A stretch of 64,000 nt of DNA from an uncultured delta proteobacterium (GCA_963808235.1 CAWEEQ010000004.1:1504001-1568000); one strand, 5' to 3'. Shown: positions 9,891 to 19,641, numbered from the stretch's first letter. Made by a program: numbers and translations. Notes: generated by a model not told the origin, from the sequence alone.

Positions 9891-9934
9891 GATATCATGG
9901 GCGATATCATAGGTCGCTGCTTGGCTGGTGTCAA
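9888..9934 (-). promoter_or_regulatory. hicAB promoter TTGACA-N17-TATGAT with GATATC operator-like repeats
   Basis: -35 at 9929-9934, -10 at 9906-9911; perfect palindrome CATGATATCATG at 9888-9899 and GATATCAT at 9903-9910. Confidence 0.7.
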
Positions 9935-10176
9935 GACTTCGAAGACTTCCATCTAGCGCGGGCCGCTTTACGAGCTAATTCTTTGCGCTTTTTTGCTGGT
10001 ACGCCCTTCCATCGCGCCTTTCCGCCCTTGAGACCGCCCTTGCGCCCCAGAGCGACCGCAGCAGGGTCTTTCCCATCGTCGGGCTTCTGCGCCTCTACAT
10101 CTTCGCCAATGGCCATCTGTAGAACTTTGTGCGCCAATTGGTTAGTGTCGCGGGGCATGCGAGAGCGCTTCTGCAT
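9931..10176 (-). CDS. Small basic protein (KDPAAVALGRKGGLKGGKAR type)
   Basis: Lys/Arg-rich with a KGG-like motif; lies inside the IS. Confidence 0.7.
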   Translation of the reverse strand: MQKRSRMPRDTNQLAHKVLQMAIGEDVEAQKPDDGKDPAAVALGRKGGLKGGKARWKGVPAKKRKELARKAARARWKSSKS

Positions 10177-10205
10177 ACCTTAGAATATGACACAGGGGGA
10201 AACCA

Positions 10206-10520
10206 ATGAAAAGACTTGGCGTCGCACTTGTATTGATCGTCAGCCTCGGCATCTCTTTCCGCGCCTACGGAAAAACATGCGAAGACGATTCAATAGACGA
10301 AGTGGCGGGGGACGGCGCGATCATTACGATGCTCTCCGGTTCGATTTGGAAAGTCGATGATATAGATCGCATCGATTCCGGCCTTTGGCTCTCTACTGAG
10401 GACGTTTTGATTTGCGAAGAGCGGGCGTCAGTGAAAGGTAAAACTTTCGTGGACTACACTATCATCAACAAAGACGACGATGGCGCAGAAGTCCACGCGG
10501 CCCGAATTGGCTCAAAATAA
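10206..10520 (+). CDS. Secreted hypothetical protein (IS passenger)
   Basis: Signal-peptide-like N-terminus, acidic mature part, RBS; stop lies just before the right TIR. Confidence 0.7.
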   Translation: MKRLGVALVLIVSLGISFRAYGKTCEDDSIDEVAGDGAIITMLSGSIWKVDDIDRIDSGLWLSTEDVLICEERASVKGKTFVDYTIINKDDDGAEVHAARIGSK

Positions 10521-10640
10521 AATCAAACTGAACCAGTGCCGAATTCTGGCTGCCCACAGCGCTGAAAACCAGAAAAAGGCACGCCGCCCCTTCAAAATTT
10601 GCCAAGGTTCAGAGAGCCAATTTTCCGATGCGAACCTCGG

Positions 10641-10931
10641 TCAATTTCGGACTCGGACTCCGCCCTTTTCGATCACCTTGTTGCGGAGCTCAACGTCGCC
10701 AGGGAGCAACTCGCACGGACACAGCTCCTGCAACCATCGTCTGGTGATTGCGACTGGAAGTTTCCGAAACCCGAATGCAGAGACACTAACCGCGTAGCGT
10801 TCTCCGCTCGGAGAATCGACGAAATCACGCCCGCATCGCGAGCAGCGGTATTGAACAATCTGCCCGCCCGATCCGATGTCGAGGGTCCTGCGAGTGTAAT
10901 TGTGGCTGAGCCAAGCGTCGCGAAAATCCAT
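10641..10931 (-). CDS. Hypothetical protein with a possible Zn-ribbon
   Basis: H...CSRC...CPC pattern. Confidence 0.45.
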   Translation of the reverse strand: MDFRDAWLSHNYTRRTLDIGSGGQIVQYRCSRCGRDFVDSPSGERYAVSVSAFGFRKLPVAITRRWLQELCPCELLPGDVELRNKVIEKGGVRVRN

Positions 10932-11088
10932 GGACTGAACTCCTGGACCACGGAAGTTTATGCGCCGGTAAATGTATGTGCTTTGACGGTGCGCTAATCG
11001 TGAGCCAATAACAAGTTGTTTGGAAGAACATCAATTTCGTACTTTCAAGAACCCGAACAGATAATCGGCCTTTCGATTTTTTCCAATG

Positions 11089-12969
11089 CTATTTTGCTGA
11101 GGGTTCGTTCAGCAGAGCTTCAAGGACCTTGCCCGTAATCGGCTTTGGCACCAGCCGATCGAAACCTGCCTGCTTCGCATCGGCGTGATCCTTGGGTTGG
11201 CTGTACCCAGAAAGCGCGATTAGACGAGTGTCGCGTAGTCCCGGTTCTGCCCGTAGAGCGCGGGCTACCGCATAACCATCCATACCGCCTGGCAGTCCGA
11301 GATCGCAGATGACCAGGTCCGGCGCCTTCGCTATCGCGCAAACCAACGCCGATCGCCCATCGTATGCGGCATCGACATCGAAACCGATTTGGTCGATAAG
11401 CTCGGATAAGCCATCGGCTACATCCCTGTTGTCTTCGATGAGCAAAACGCGCCTGCGGTCCTTCCGCTGCGGTTGCTCAGCTGGAGGAGCGGCGGAAGTT
11501 GTCGCCGATGGTGCCGTGAGTGGCAACGTCAGCATAAACACCGCCCCGCGTCCCGGACCCGGGCTTTCGCCCGACAGCGAGCCGCCCTGCAGCTCGGCAA
11601 GTTTTCTGCTGATCGCCAGGCCAAGTCCGAGTCCTCCGTTGAACCGATCGATCTGTTGTTCTTGCTGAATAAACGGTTCGAACAGTCTGTCCGCCAGGGC
11701 GCCGTCAAAGCCGACCCCAGTGTCCTCGATCCGAACAACAGCCGAGCGCCCTTCGGCCCGGAGCCGTACCGTTACACGTCCCCGCACGGGTGTGAACTTG
11801 ACCGCGTTGGAAAGAACATTGTCGATGATCTGCCGCAGCCGGACGCGGTCGCCTCTCACCGGACACCGCGCATTAGAAATCTCGAATTCGAAGCCGATAC
11901 CAGCAGCGCTGACGCGCTCCTTGTTCTCTCCGACAATCTCGCGAAGGAGATCGCCGAGATCAATATCCTCGAATCGTATAGACGTTTTTCCGGAGGCGAT
12001 GCGAGCGGTGTCGAGCAAGTCGTCCAGCATGCGCGCCATAACCATGGATTGTCGGTCCAGCCGCTCGTGGAGACGCTCAACCTTCGGGTACTCCAGCGTC
12101 ATCCGACCCAGGGCATCGGCCGCCGCGCGGATCGCGGTCAGCGGATTACGCAGCTCGTGCGCCAGGATCGCAATGAACTGGTCCTTCTGCCGGTCCTTCT
12201 CCTCGAGTGCGTCTTTTGCGTTTCGCAGCTCCTCTCGCTCGTTCAGCTCGCGCAGCGCCGTTAGCTCGTCGAACATCCTCGCGCGCATTTCGCAACGGTC
12301 AGCTTCTGGATCGTCCATCAAGAGTTGGGCGAGCTCCGCATGATCCCGCATAAGGACCCGCATATCCTCCTCGGTCTCTATCTCCGGATGGAGCATTGTC
12401 CAGTAGTGGGCCGTCCGGATGAAAGCGAGGAGACCGCTCAAGTACTCGAAATTGCGCGGCCCCAGAGCCTTTAGAAGTGCGAGCCGCGCCTCCTCGCCGC
12501 GAGCGGGTTCACTGAAGACCACGGCGGCGCAGGCGAAAATAAAGTCTTCCATCTCCGTTCGGGGTTCAGGCCAGTTGGCCAATGGTGTTTTCAATCCCTG
12601 AAGACGCGCATAGACCTCACCCATGTCGCGGTTCCATGGCGTCGGGCGTTTCAGGAGCTGGACTACCTCAGCAACGCTCTGCGCGGGAGCGTCCGCATCG
12701 CCTGCCGGCCGGCCGTGGCCGAGCAGAAAGCCGACGTGGCGCACGATGCAATAGCGGACGGGGCACAGCCGCGAGAGCATCACAAACAAGCGTTCTTTGA
12801 ATAGAGCGGGAATGGGATTGTCGAGATAACCGGCCCTCGCGAAGGACCATAGCCTCTCGATTAATTCTGGTGCTGCGCGGGCCGAACGAAAAAAATTGGG
12901 AAGGATGCCGAAGCGCCCCGTCACTTCGGTGTCGAACGCCGTGCGGGGATCATCAGATAATTGATCCAT
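11089..12969 (-). CDS. Hybrid histidine kinase/response regulator with N-terminal AhpD/CMD-like domain
   Basis: LAHELRNP H-box, NAVKF, DTGVG, GLGLGL, receiver IEDN/CDLGLP/PKP; N-terminal KERLFVMLSRLCPVRYCIVRH. Confidence 0.88.
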   Translation of the reverse strand: MDQLSDDPRTAFDTEVTGRFGILPNFFRSARAAPELIERLWSFARAGYLDNPIPALFKERLFVMLSRLCPVRYCIVRHVGFLLGHGRPAGDADAPAQSVAEVVQLLKRPTPWNRDMGEVYARLQGLKTPLANWPEPRTEMEDFIFACAAVVFSEPARGEEARLALLKALGPRNFEYLSGLLAFIRTAHYWTMLHPEIETEEDMRVLMRDHAELAQLLMDDPEADRCEMRARMFDELTALRELNEREELRNAKDALEEKDRQKDQFIAILAHELRNPLTAIRAAADALGRMTLEYPKVERLHERLDRQSMVMARMLDDLLDTARIASGKTSIRFEDIDLGDLLREIVGENKERVSAAGIGFEFEISNARCPVRGDRVRLRQIIDNVLSNAVKFTPVRGRVTVRLRAEGRSAVVRIEDTGVGFDGALADRLFEPFIQQEQQIDRFNGGLGLGLAISRKLAELQGGSLSGESPGPGRGAVFMLTLPLTAPSATTSAAPPAEQPQRKDRRRVLLIEDNRDVADGLSELIDQIGFDVDAAYDGRSALVCAIAKAPDLVICDLGLPGGMDGYAVARALRAEPGLRDTRLIALSGYSQPKDHADAKQAGFDRLVPKPITGKVLEALLNEPSAK

Positions 12970-13028
12970 CGGTCTCTCTTCGGAATCCTGAGAGTAATCT
13001 ACGTCCGCCGGCTTTTCCAATCGCCTTT

Positions 13029-13424
13029 TCATCCGGACCCATCCATCAGCCGCGAGATTTCCTCCATCAGGTGTTCCGTCTTGAATGGTTTGCGCAGAAA
13101 CGCATCGTAGCCTTCGCATCGCTTCCTGATTGTCTGTTCGGATAGCGCGCTGGTCAGAATCACCGGAATCTCGCGGAATCGATCGTCGGCGCGCATCGCC
13201 TTCATAACGCCCGCGCCATCCAAAATCGGCATCATGAAATCGACGATAGCCAAAGCCGGAACGCTCTCTTCCAGCCTGGCCAACGCCTCCTGACCGTTGA
13301 GTGCGCTGATCACTTTGAAGCCCGCATCGCTCAAGATAAACCCGACTACTTCAAGAATCCCGAATTCGTCATCAACGATCAGTATCGTCTTTCCGGCCGA
13401 TCGGGCCTTTGAGCTCTTCGCCAT
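13029..13424 (-). CDS. Single-domain response regulator
   Basis: ILIVDDE, IVDFMMP, FLRKPF. Confidence 0.9.
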   Translation of the reverse strand: MAKSSKARSAGKTILIVDDEFGILEVVGFILSDAGFKVISALNGQEALARLEESVPALAIVDFMMPILDGAGVMKAMRADDRFREIPVILTSALSEQTIRKRCEGYDAFLRKPFKTEHLMEEISRLMDGSG

Positions 13425-13441
13425 GGGCCCCAGATTTTCTC

Positions 13442-14899
13442 TTATTCCTGAGTCAGCTTGGGCTTGGCCGACATGCGCGGCAGGATCGATTTTGCGCTCG
13501 AGGAATCTGCAGCCAGTTCGAGACCGTTGGCAGAGAAACTCAGCTCGCGCAGGTTGGAATCGAAGGCACTGTCGCGAACTTTCAGTATCGACACCATCCT
13601 GTACACGCTCGCTTCCGACTCGACGTAGCGCAGCAGGATGTGATTATCAGTAACGTCGGATAAGCCCTGCAGCGGCACCGTGATGGTCGGTCCAACTACC
13701 TCCATTACTTCAGCGGTGCAGATTGTGGTCACACCTTGCGAACGCAACTCGTGCACCAGCGCGGAAAAGAATGGCTCGATCGGTCTCGAGCGAAGGGCTT
13801 TCTTGAAACCGCCGAGACCGTCGATCAGCAGCCGCTTGACCTTTCTGCGCTTGATATCGCGAAGCATCCGGTCAGCTAGCTCGTCGAGAAACTGATCGGT
13901 CGGCGCCTGCCATAAAATCTGCACGTGGCCGCTGTCTAGCTGCCTGGTCAGCGCAGGACATATCGCTTTCGCCTTGGCATGTATCCGGGCCGGGGTCTCG
14001 TAGAAGCCGAACAACAGCCCGGGTTCCTGCGCGTTCGAGTTGGCCAGGAATTGCAGCCCCAGGATGGTCTTGCCGGTGCCCGAAGGTCCAATCAGCATGG
14101 TCGCTGATCGCGCGGGCAACCCGCCACCAAGCATTTCATCAAGGCGCGCACTGCCCGACGAGATCCGCCGCAACTCGCCATTGAGGTCTGTATGAGGCCC
14201 GATCAGGGTTTCCAGCCGCGGATAAACCGTAACTCCGTTCCCGGTGATGTCGTAGGAATGAACGCCCTGAAGATAACTGCTGCCGCGAAACTTTCGCACG
14301 CACAGTTCGCGCGCCGAGCGCCATTCATGGATCGTCGTATCAAGGTTGATGATGCCGTCCACCATCGTCTCTTCGGACGAAGGTTCATGCGGAGTCGGAT
14401 TGGTCAGCAAAAAAACCGTGCAATTGGCGGCGTCGGCTTGCGTCTGTAGCTGCTGCACAAACAGCTTCAATTCCTCGTAGGAGTGCGCATTGTCCGACGC
14501 TGATGCAAATCCGTCGACGATCAGGGTCGTAGCTTTGCGCGACGCAACTTCCCTTCGCAGCAAATGCAGCAGCCCGGTCAAACCATCTTTCTTCAACGCG
14601 TTGAAACCACTGACGTAAAAAATGCCGTTTCCAACCGCCTCTTCATTGAAGAACGCGAGGTTCTTGATGTTAAGCAGCATGCGGCTGACAGTTTCCGCGA
14701 TCAGCGTGACGTAAAGGACTTTGCCTCCGGCGCTGGCATGATTGAAGCAAATTTGATTCCCGAGGATCGTCTTGCCGACTCCCGGCGCCCCCTCGACAAT
14801 GTACAGTCCGCCGCTAAAGAAGCCCCCTCCCAGGATGTCGTCGAGACCTTTCACTCCCGAGGGGACGCGCGTGAGCTGTTGAAGTTCTTGCTTACTCAT
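13442..14899 (-). CDS. KaiC-like double-domain RecA-family ATPase
   Basis: Two Walker A motifs (GAPGVGKT, GPSGTGKT); RVPSGV..LD.ILGGG / RISSG...LD.MLGGG; RKFRGS and LKVRDS. Confidence 0.88.
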   Translation of the reverse strand: MSKQELQQLTRVPSGVKGLDDILGGGFFSGGLYIVEGAPGVGKTILGNQICFNHASAGGKVLYVTLIAETVSRMLLNIKNLAFFNEEAVGNGIFYVSGFNALKKDGLTGLLHLLRREVASRKATTLIVDGFASASDNAHSYEELKLFVQQLQTQADAANCTVFLLTNPTPHEPSSEETMVDGIINLDTTIHEWRSARELCVRKFRGSSYLQGVHSYDITGNGVTVYPRLETLIGPHTDLNGELRRISSGSARLDEMLGGGLPARSATMLIGPSGTGKTILGLQFLANSNAQEPGLLFGFYETPARIHAKAKAICPALTRQLDSGHVQILWQAPTDQFLDELADRMLRDIKRRKVKRLLIDGLGGFKKALRSRPIEPFFSALVHELRSQGVTTICTAEVMEVVGPTITVPLQGLSDVTDNHILLRYVESEASVYRMVSILKVRDSAFDSNLRELSFSANGLELAADSSSAKSILPRMSAKPKLTQE

Positions 14900-15719
14900 G
14901 ATTTTCCTGTGGCCAGATCGGTAACGTTACGGTGAAAGTAGAGCCAACCCCGGGTTCGCCGACTACGCTTATCGACCCACCCATCCGCTCCGCGAGGTTG
15001 CGTGTGAGCCACAGCCCAATTCCGAAACCGGCCTGAACTTCTCTGCCTACCGCCCTCTCAAAACGCTCGAAGATGCGCTGCTTGTCTTTTTCATTGATGC
15101 CAATCCCGCTGTCTTGCACAATTATCTGGGCGCAATCGGGAGTCGCGGTCAGCGTAAGCGCTATCGGTTTGCGCTGGCCAAATTTGATCGCGTTGGAAAG
15201 TAGATTTTCCACGATTTGCGATGCCGCGAGCCTGTCAACATACGCCACCACTCCATCCTGGATATCGGTAGTCAGCTCGGAACCGCTGCGATCTACTAAC
15301 GGCTTTTGATCCTCCACGATACTCTCTACCAGTTCAGACAAGTTCTGCTCGGTATTGTCCAACTGCAACTTGTTCGAAGTTACTTGCGAAACCTCGAGCA
15401 GTGTGTTGGCCCGCGCTACGAAGTGTTGAATGAGACGCTGAAGCCGGTCCAGCTTGGAAATAGCCATGGCATGATTTCCCGACAGTGCACCCGCACGGAT
15501 GAGCTGCGCGCAAAGCAGGATCGGAGTCATCGGATTGCGCAGTTCGTGCGCCGCGATCGCCAGAAAATCGTCGCGGCGGCGAATCGCCTCGCGCAACTCC
15601 TCGATAAGCAGATCGCGCCCGTCCGGTGCAGGCGCATTGGCCGGCAAGGGCGCGTTTCCGCTACCCGTTCTCCGGTCCGAGAAATCCTGCTCTGAATTGC
15701 CGTTGGTACTCTTCGACAT
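14892..15719 (-). CDS. Cytoplasmic sensor histidine kinase lacking an obvious input domain
   Basis: AAHELRNP, NAIKF, DSGIG, FERFER, GFGIGL. Confidence 0.88.
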   Translation of the reverse strand: MSKSTNGNSEQDFSDRRTGSGNAPLPANAPAPDGRDLLIEELREAIRRRDDFLAIAAHELRNPMTPILLCAQLIRAGALSGNHAMAISKLDRLQRLIQHFVARANTLLEVSQVTSNKLQLDNTEQNLSELVESIVEDQKPLVDRSGSELTTDIQDGVVAYVDRLAASQIVENLLSNAIKFGQRKPIALTLTATPDCAQIIVQDSGIGINEKDKQRIFERFERAVGREVQAGFGIGLWLTRNLAERMGGSISVVGEPGVGSTFTVTLPIWPQENHE

Positions 15720-16111
15720 CGCGCTGACTTTCCAAACCTCTGCCGGGTCTGCGCAAATCGAATTGCGGAGGCGTCAATCCAACTCGCCGCAGATCGGCAG
15801 CAGAACGGGCGAGCGCGCCACCAACATGGCGCTGAGGGTCTGCGGCAATTATTGCATGCGACAGGGTAAGTAAGGCCAACGGAAGGTGTTACCCAAAGAA
15901 CATCCAGATTCTTTGTAGGGCTGAACATTTCAGCGTTATACACAGCGCCCCTTCGAGTTATGTTGGTATAAGGCGACCTCACTCTATTTCCAGGACACCG
16001 CCACGCTCCGCCACAGTGCCAAAATCCCCGCGCTGTTCTCTGAATCGCGACTATCGCGTAGGATTTATCCACGAGAACGGATCCGATTCGCGCATCACCA
16101 GCTTTCTTCGC

Positions 16112-17509
16112 ATGACCAACCCGACTACCGGCCCCGGCTTCGATTTCCCAGCCGACGTTCCCGAACCCACGATTTCCACCCGTCTGTGGCGCTCGCTGAA
16201 CGTGATGTGTCTCGCGGCGCGCGTCTACGCGGGCTACAAAGGCACCCAGCTCTGGACCCGCTTCATTAGCGACAGCAACAAGGCCGAACTCTATCAGCGC
16301 CAGGATCTCCGCGCTGCGCAATCGCTCAACCGCACCGCGCTCCGCCTCGAAGGCCTTCTCATCAAGGCTTGCCAGTTTATCGCGACCCGCGCCAACGTCC
16401 TTCCCGACGAATGGGTCAAGACGCTTTCCGGCCTGCACGATCGAGTGCCCCCGCGTCCGTTCGCGATGATCCGCGAGCAAATCGAGCGCGAGCTTCACCG
16501 CCCGCTCGAAACTGTCTACGCAGAGTTCGATCCCGTTCCGCTCGCGTCGGCGTCGCTCGCGCAGGTGCATCGCGCACGTCTCCACGACGGACGGATATGC
16601 GCGGTCAAGGTCCAGTATCCGAACATCGACGGGATCATCCGCGCCGATCTGCGCAACTTGATCCTGGTTCTGCGATGGCTCGCCCTTCTCGAGCGCGACT
16701 TCGACTATCGAATCCTGATGCGCGAGGCGCTCAAGTACGTGCCGATGGAGCTGGACTTTGAGCACGAAGCCGACAACGCCGAGACGATGCGCCGCAACTT
16801 CGCCAATGATCCCAGCATCGTCATCCCAGAAATTTACCGCGAGTTCACCACCCGCCGCGTGCTCACGATGGAACTGGTCGAAGGAATCAAGGTCACCGAC
16901 ATCGAGGCGCTCGAACTCGCCGGAATCGACAGGCACGCCGTCGCACAAAAGCTAACCGAGAATTTTTGCGATCAGGTCCTGCGCGACGGCTTCTTCCACG
17001 CCGATCCGCATCCGGGAAATATCCTCATCCAGCCCGGTCCCAAGATCGTGCTGCTCGACTTCGGCCTGGCCAAGGATTTTCCGCCCGCGTTTCGCGACGG
17101 ACTGGTGCGCCTGACGTTTTCAATTCTGACTTCCAATCGCCAGGGGATTATCGACGCGTTTCAGGAGCTCGGTTTCCGTACTCGCAGCGGCTCGTCAGAC
17201 ACCTTGCTCGCGCTATCCGATCTTTTTCTCGGCAACACGCTCAAAGCGAAGAAGGCATATGCGGACAAGGAACTGGTCGAGCAATTTTCCGAGGAATTTC
17301 CCAAGACGCTGAAAGCGAATCCCGTAGTCGAAGTTCCCGCCAACGTCCTGCTCGTGAGCCGCATGATGGGACTGCTTAGCGGTCTCGGTAAATCGCTCGA
17401 CTCCCAAGTCGATCTGTTCACGACCATCATGCCGTACGCGCAGCGCTTGATGATGGCGCAGGCGGCCGCGCAATCGGGCGCTCCGCCAATAGCTCCCGCA
17501 GCCAGGTAA
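16112..17509 (+). CDS. ABC1/UbiB (AarF) family atypical kinase
   Basis: IKACQ, ASASLAQVH, AVKVQYP, FHADPHPGN, LLDFG. Confidence 0.9.
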   Translation: MTNPTTGPGFDFPADVPEPTISTRLWRSLNVMCLAARVYAGYKGTQLWTRFISDSNKAELYQRQDLRAAQSLNRTALRLEGLLIKACQFIATRANVLPDEWVKTLSGLHDRVPPRPFAMIREQIERELHRPLETVYAEFDPVPLASASLAQVHRARLHDGRICAVKVQYPNIDGIIRADLRNLILVLRWLALLERDFDYRILMREALKYVPMELDFEHEADNAETMRRNFANDPSIVIPEIYREFTTRRVLTMELVEGIKVTDIEALELAGIDRHAVAQKLTENFCDQVLRDGFFHADPHPGNILIQPGPKIVLLDFGLAKDFPPAFRDGLVRLTFSILTSNRQGIIDAFQELGFRTRSGSSDTLLALSDLFLGNTLKAKKAYADKELVEQFSEEFPKTLKANPVVEVPANVLLVSRMMGLLSGLGKSLDSQVDLFTTIMPYAQRLMMAQAAAQSGAPPIAPAAR

Positions 17510-17521
17510 ACCAAAGACCAG

Positions 17522-18700
17522 ATGTCAGAAAAGCGCACCCGACTCGCATCCCTCGCCGCCGAACTCGCGACCGACTTCGCGACTCGCGCCGGCCAGCACG
17601 ATCGTGACAATTCATTTCCTGTTGAAAACGTTGACAAGATGAAGGCCGCCGGTTACACCGCGCTCGTTATTCCAGAAAAGCACGGCGGCCTCGGCGCCGA
17701 CCTCGAGGATTTCGCCGCCTGCCAGGAAGAGCTCGCACAGGGATGCGCCGCGACCACGATCGCAATCAACATGCACCTGTTCGGCATCGGCAGCATGGTC
17801 GAGCGCGCGACTGGACGTCCGCAAGAGGAATTTTTCTTCGATGTGATCGGGCGCAACAAGCAAATCCTGGGCGGCGGTATCAGCGAGCCCGAAACTGGCG
17901 GCGATTGGGGCTACTTCGCGACTCGCGCGCGGCGCGACGGCGACTATTACATCCTGAACGGTCGCAAGACCTTCACCAGCCTCTCGCCGGTGATCGATCT
18001 GTTTATGGTGATGGCGACGATCGAGGATTCCAATCCTCCCGCAGCCGCGACCTTCGTCGTCCCGCGCGGCACTCCCGGCCTCGAGCTGATCGAGACCTGG
18101 GACGCGATGGGCATGCGCGCAACCGCGAGCCACGACCTCAATATCAAGGACGTCCGGGTTCCCGCGCTTGCGATGGCGGAGTCGCGACCAGTCGGCCCCG
18201 TCAACGACCAGGCGATTTCGCTGTTCGCATGGTTCGGCGTATCGGTCGCCGCCACTTACACCGGAGTCGCAATCGCCGCGCTGAAATTCGCCAAAGAATT
18301 TGCCGGACGCCTCAAGCCGCTCACGATGCCGCGTACGATCAAGTATCTGCCCGGCGTTCAGTTCGCGATCGCCGACGCCGAAGCACTCATCGCGCAATCG
18401 CGCGCGCTGTATTACGGCGTCGCGGCCGACTACATCCGCGATCGCAGTTCGTTCAAGGGGGAGGCAGGGCTGGCGCGAGTCGTGATGCCGAAATATGTCG
18501 CGACCAACAATGCGATCCGCGCCGTCGATTACTGCATGGAGGTCGTCGGCGCGCACGGGATGCTGAAAAAATTCCCGATGGAGCGCTACTACCGCGACGT
18601 TCGCGCCGGAGTAAATCACCCGCTCTCCAACGCCCGCGCCCGCGAGCTGTTGGGCAAAGCCGCTCTCGGCGTACGCCTCGGCGAAACTCCACGCTGGTAA
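17522..18700 (+). CDS. Acyl-CoA dehydrogenase family protein
   Basis: SEPETG, LNGRKTF, WDAMGMRATAS, ERYYRD. Confidence 0.9.
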   Translation: MSEKRTRLASLAAELATDFATRAGQHDRDNSFPVENVDKMKAAGYTALVIPEKHGGLGADLEDFAACQEELAQGCAATTIAINMHLFGIGSMVERATGRPQEEFFFDVIGRNKQILGGGISEPETGGDWGYFATRARRDGDYYILNGRKTFTSLSPVIDLFMVMATIEDSNPPAAATFVVPRGTPGLELIETWDAMGMRATASHDLNIKDVRVPALAMAESRPVGPVNDQAISLFAWFGVSVAATYTGVAIAALKFAKEFAGRLKPLTMPRTIKYLPGVQFAIADAEALIAQSRALYYGVAADYIRDRSSFKGEAGLARVVMPKYVATNNAIRAVDYCMEVVGAHGMLKKFPMERYYRDVRAGVNHPLSNARARELLGKAALGVRLGETPRW

Positions 18701-18806
18701 ATTCGAACGAGTCAACGCTCAAGCACGATCCGCACATTCGCGATCTGTCGATAGATTTTTCTCGCCCGCTGGACGCTTCGCGCGGCGTGGAATATCGTCC
18801 GTCACC

Positions 18807-19641
18807 GTGGAGAACGAAATCGAACAAATCGCCGTCCGCGCCGCGCGCGCGGCCGGCAGAATTCACTTGAAGCGGCTCAGCCGAATCACCGTAAATCGCA
18901 AGTCGAATTCGATCGACCTGGTCACCGAAGCCGACCGCGAGTCGGAAGCTGCGATTATCGAAGTGATCCATCGCGCGTTTCCCACTCACGCCGATGCTCG
19001 CCGAGGAAAGCGGCGCCAGCGCGCATCAGAGCGACCATCGATGGATCATCGATCCGCTCGACGGCACCACCAACTTCGCGCACGGCTTCCCGCAGTTCTG
19101 CGTCTCGATCGCCTACGAACGCCGCGGCCGTGTCGAGCTCGGCGTGGTCTTCGACGCGCTGAAGCGGGAATGCTTCATCGCACAACGCGGGCACGGAGCA
19201 CGTCTCAACGGCAAACCGATTCGCGTCAGCACGACGCCGAGCCTCGGCGCCTCGCTGCTCAGCACCGGTTTTCCCTACGATCGCCGCGAGCGCCGCCGCT
19301 TCTACCTATGCTTCTGGGAAGAATTGATGACCCGGGTGCAGGGCGTGCGCAGGACCGGCGCCGCCGCACTCGACCTCGCGTACGTGGCCGCGGGCCGCAC
19401 CGACGGATTCTGGGAATTCGGACTGAGGCCGTGGGACGTCGCCGCGGGCGCGCTGATCATCCAGGAGGCGCGCGGCCGGGTCACGAACATGGATGGCTCC
19501 GATCTCGATCTGAACGGCGCAAATATCGTCGCGAGCAACGCGCGCATCCACGATGAACTCATCGAGGTGCTGGCCGGCGCGCGCCCCGAAGCCGAGCGCC
19601 GCGAAGCCGAGATGATCCGCGAGACCAAGGTCTCCGCATAG
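18807..19641 (+). CDS. suhB: Inositol monophosphatase (frameshift near 18990)
   Basis: DLVTEAD..SE in ORF 18807; LAEE, WIIDPLDGTTNF, WDVAAG in ORF 18994. Confidence 0.85.

Larger units (their letters stand above)
7891..10540. mobile_element. IS1-family insertion sequence with passenger genes (2650 bp)
   Basis: Perfect 18-bp TIR GGCACTGGTTCAGTTTGA (7891-7908) / TCAAACTGAACCAGTGCC (10523-10540); flanking 8-bp direct repeat GAATTCTG (7883-7890, 10541-10548); DDE transposase inside. Confidence 0.93.

Noticed and set aside
13442-14899. Circadian clock locus
   Set aside because: No kaiA or kaiB in the window, and the canonical Ser-Thr phospho-pair is absent
15527-16948. Long antisense ORFs (e.g. 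15527..16948 -, 17612..18715 -, 33340..34476 -, 41513..42628 +, 45038..46540 +)
   Set aside because: Shadow frames of well-supported genes in GC-rich DNA; no recognisable motifs
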